Shown piece after piece: positions 38,734-41,648 of a stretch of 41,648 nucleotides of DNA. The stretch is taken from positions 1-41,648 of the forward strand of contig DRKU01000193.1 in the NCBI GenBank assembly GCA_011051615.1, given 5' to 3'. This DNA is from Gammaproteobacteria bacterium (GTDB taxonomy: Bacteria > Pseudomonadota > Gammaproteobacteria > CAMYNG01). Below the pieces are notes generated by a model, which was given only the letters and a program-made list of their open reading frames with translations, was not told the origin of the DNA and did no database searches. Position 1 is the stretch's first letter; each line of letters starts with the position of its first letter. A program made the translations under genes and the position numbers.

Positions 38734-41250
38734 CTAGTGAACTGCCTGCAGGCGGTATTTCTGGTACCAGGCGAGGAGTTCAGGTTTGCTTAATGGCCGT
38801 GAAATATGGAAGCCCTGGGCCAGGTCACAGCGGTGTTGGCGCAGCTGCAACAGGGTTGCCTGGTTTTCGACACCCTCGGCAACGACCTTGAGTCCGAGAT
38901 TGTGCGCCAGTTCGATAGTGGAGCGCACGATGATGGCATCGTTCTCATCATCGAGCATGTCGATGACAAAGGATTTGTCGATCTTGAGGCTGTTGACAGG
39001 CAGCATCTTGAGGTAACCCAGAGAGGAGAACCCGGTACCAAAGTCATCCACTGCCAGGTCCACACCCATGGCACTGAGCTGGTGAAGCACCTCCCGTGCG
39101 CGTACGGGATCATTCATCATGGCACTTTCGGTGATCTCCAGCGACAGCCTGTCAGGTGGCAGGCCCAGGGAGTCAAGGGCATTCTGGATCTCCGTCGGCA
39201 GGTCCGGATCCTGCAGGTTCCAGGCCGACAGGTTGATGGCAACTCTTGCCCCCTGATCGCCGAAACGACATTCGGCACAGTCACTTATGGCGGTATTGAT
39301 CACCCACCGGCTTAGCGGGCCAATCAGGCCGGTATGCTCGGCGAGGCCAATGATTCTTTCTGGTGAAATAAAACCCAGTTGCGGGTGTTGCCAGCGCAGC
39401 AGCGCTTCAACAGCGATGACTTCACGGCTGAGGAGATCGATCAAGGGTTGATAGAAGAGGGTCAGATGTTGGGGGGTCTCGATCTCCTTGTGCAGGTCTC
39501 CGACCAGTGCAAGCTGGTCTACGCTATGCAGATCATGCTGTTTCTCATAGACGAAGACATCGAGATTGTTCTGTTTGGCAACATACATGGCGATGTCGGC
39601 GTGTTTTATAAGATTAATGGCATCTTCGCCATGCTCAGGGAATGTGGCGACGCCGATACTGGCGCCAACATAGAGATTCTGCTGCTGAATTGAGAAGACC
39701 TGATTGATGGTAGTTGCGATTTTCTCTGCAAAGATACGTGCCTGTTCCGAGCTGGTATTCGGTGCAACAATGGCAAACTCATCACCACCCAGGCGTGCAA
39801 TGGTATCGGAGTCACGCATGCAGTCTTCGAGGCGTTGCCCAACCTGCTGAAGAAGTTCATCGCCCACCTGGTGGCCAAGAGCATCGTTAACCTCCTTGAA
39901 CCGGTCCAGATCGAGTAACAATACAGCGACGGGTTGTTCGGCACGGCGCATCAGGTGAATGGCCTGTTCAAGACGATCATTGAGCAGCATCCGATTGGGT
40001 AAACCTGTCAGGGCATCATGCAGGGCCTGGTGTTCCAGTGCCATCTGGCGCTCGTGGATCTGATGCCGCATGGTATTGAAGGCCTGGATGAGCGTGCTGA
40101 TTTCCCGGCTGCTCTGGTCTTCAAGCTGATAGTTTGCAGTCTGGCCTTCACTGGCCAGGGCATCGGCGATTCTGGCAATGGGGCCAAGTATCGAGCGGTC
40201 CATCATCACGTAGACCAGCACCATGAACAGCAGGGCGATACCGGTAAGTGTCCAAAGCATGTGGCTGAGCTGGTTGGCAGCATTCTGAACTCTCGCGGTA
40301 TTGCTTTCCGACCACGTAATGATGGTTTGTTCCATGTTGCCAAGGAGTTCAAGTACCCGGTGTTGCACGGGCCGCAGGTTTTTCTTGAGAAACTGAACAT
40401 CTCCACGCCAGATGTTGGCGGAGCGCAGTTTCTTGACCGACTCCCAGTTCCTTTGCCATGTTCGGGAGGCCTCGCGCATGGCTTCCAGCGCCTCCTCTGA
40501 TTCAAGGCCCAGCTTGCCTGCTTTCTTCAGTGCTTCCAGCCCATCGAGTTTTTGCTCGATGACTTCGTGGTACTGACCGATGTTGATTTCCTGTGGCGTG
40601 GTTTCGATGTCCCGCAGCCCGGCAAAACGGATCACCACGGCGCGAAAGTTCAGGATCTTCTGACGCCACAGGCTGCGCACTTCCGCAAAGCGTCCGTACA
40701 GGGCCGATGCATAGGGTTGGCCATCCTGCAGGGCGATCTCATTCAAGGCCTGGGCGACCGCCGTCTCAAACGTGTTGTTGGGTTCGAGGAGTTTCCTGCT
40801 GATATAGGGCAGGATGGGATAGACCCAGTTCGTATCCTTGCGCATTTCAATCAGCTGCTCGGCGCGGGCAGACAGTTTTTCCAGTTGTGCACGTAGTGCC
40901 GCCAGTTCCTGTGACAGCTTGCCAAGTTCACCGAGATCATGGCGGCCAATATTGTCCAGGTGCGCATGGGCGCGAGACAGACGTTCCAGAATGATCCGTT
41001 CGTGCTCCGGCTGCGGAGAGATCAACATGGCATTGAGTGTGGCATCCGCCGCCCAGATCTCGTCGCGGGTCTTGCCGAGCAGGGCGGTCAGTTCATCACG
41101 TAATACCAGTGAGGCGGTGTTGGCCTGGTTGACGTTGCGGATATACCAGCTGGAGGCCAGTGCACTGGCCAGCAGGAGGACGGCCAGGATGGCGGCCACA
41201 CGCAGGTAGCGGGCACGGAGACTTCTGGGTTGTGAGGTGGGCGCGGTCAT
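38734..41250 (-). CDS. Membrane-bound sensor with HAMP-like linker and GGDEF-EAL domains
   Basis: Two TM segments flanking a helical periplasmic domain; HDALTGLPNR, RDSD I-site, GGDEF; EAL, EITE, DDFGTG, KIDKSF, AEGVE, QG; start 41250 or 41292/41295. Confidence 0.93.
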   Translation of the reverse strand: MTAPTSQPRSLRARYLRVAAILAVLLLASALASSWYIRNVNQANTASLVLRDELTALLGKTRDEIWAADATLNAMLISPQPEHERIILERLSRAHAHLDNIGRHDLGELGKLSQELAALRAQLEKLSARAEQLIEMRKDTNWVYPILPYISRKLLEPNNTFETAVAQALNEIALQDGQPYASALYGRFAEVRSLWRQKILNFRAVVIRFAGLRDIETTPQEINIGQYHEVIEQKLDGLEALKKAGKLGLESEEALEAMREASRTWQRNWESVKKLRSANIWRGDVQFLKKNLRPVQHRVLELLGNMEQTIITWSESNTARVQNAANQLSHMLWTLTGIALLFMVLVYVMMDRSILGPIARIADALASEGQTANYQLEDQSSREISTLIQAFNTMRHQIHERQMALEHQALHDALTGLPNRMLLNDRLEQAIHLMRRAEQPVAVLLLDLDRFKEVNDALGHQVGDELLQQVGQRLEDCMRDSDTIARLGGDEFAIVAPNTSSEQARIFAEKIATTINQVFSIQQQNLYVGASIGVATFPEHGEDAINLIKHADIAMYVAKQNNLDVFVYEKQHDLHSVDQLALVGDLHKEIETPQHLTLFYQPLIDLLSREVIAVEALLRWQHPQLGFISPERIIGLAEHTGLIGPLSRWVINTAISDCAECRFGDQGARVAINLSAWNLQDPDLPTEIQNALDSLGLPPDRLSLEITESAMMNDPVRAREVLHQLSAMGVDLAVDDFGTGFSSLGYLKMLPVNSLKIDKSFVIDMLDDENDAIIVRSTIELAHNLGLKVVAEGVENQATLLQLRQHRCDLAQGFHISRPLSKPELLAWYQKYRLQAVH

Positions 41251-41404
41251 GTCAGCTGGTGTCGTATTCCGGCCCTCTTCCCTGTATGGCATCAACTCCC
41301 TGAAGTTATGGTTGGTGGGACGGCGTTTGTCGTCGCAAAACGTCGCATGCCGATGTTGAGAACATCCCCAGGTGCCCTCGTGTCTCTCCTTATTATATGT
41401 TTAT

Positions 41405-41432
41405 GTATCGCCCATGGTGCTATCGGCTTTAG
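41405..41432 (-). promoter_or_regulatory. Candidate sigma28 (FliA) promoter for the GGDEF-EAL gene
   Basis: Minus strand reads cTAAA-N15-GGCGATAC versus the consensus TAAA-N15-GCCGATAA. Confidence 0.45.
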
Positions 41433-41599
41433 GGTAACGCAGCGGGAACGGGCCGGATCCTCGTTGATCACGTATGGATAGAAGGGATAAGCAGCGATTT
41501 TGCCATTGTTTCGTGTAGCGGGTGTATACAGGACCGGCCGTGCTGGCAGCAGGGCTCGGTGGCACCGAGCCGACCGTGCATATGGAAACAGGCAGTGAA

Positions 41600-41648
<49 letters not shown>

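Overview
GC-rich gammaproteobacterial chromosome segment (lineage inferred from the spc/alpha operon layout and protein sequences). 1-6275: end of the spc operon and the whole alpha operon (rplF'-rplR-rpsE-rpmD-rplO-secY-rpmJ-rpsM-rpsK-rpsD-rpoA-rplQ) plus terminator. 6.3-18.1 kb: SAM hydrolase/halogenase-family gene, a cytoplasmic diguanylate cyclase, an alpha-2-macroglobulin/PBP1C pair, a glycosyltransferase and a small TPR protein. 18.1-23.2 kb: uvrA, YajR-like MFS transporter, ssb. 23.25-35.2 kb is the most interesting part: a terminator-bounded, divergently transcribed 11-gene locus in which every product appears exported. The left arm encodes a CX4CH heme lipoprotein, two tandem outer-membrane beta-barrels (one SH3-fused), a TlpA thioredoxin, a DUF4266-like CGC-tail lipoprotein, a DUF3570-like barrel, a coiled-coil protein and a large TPR protein. 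The right arm encodes a monoheme exported protein, a diheme lipoprotein and a Tat-exported DUF1501-like protein. 35.2-41.6 kb: a MocR regulator divergent from a class-IV aminotransferase plus divergent argC paralog, a membrane GGDEF-EAL protein with a candidate sigma28 promoter, and a partial tRNA-Pro(CGG). No CRISPR array, transposase, integrase or prophage gene was seen. All family assignments come from motif recognition, not from database searches.
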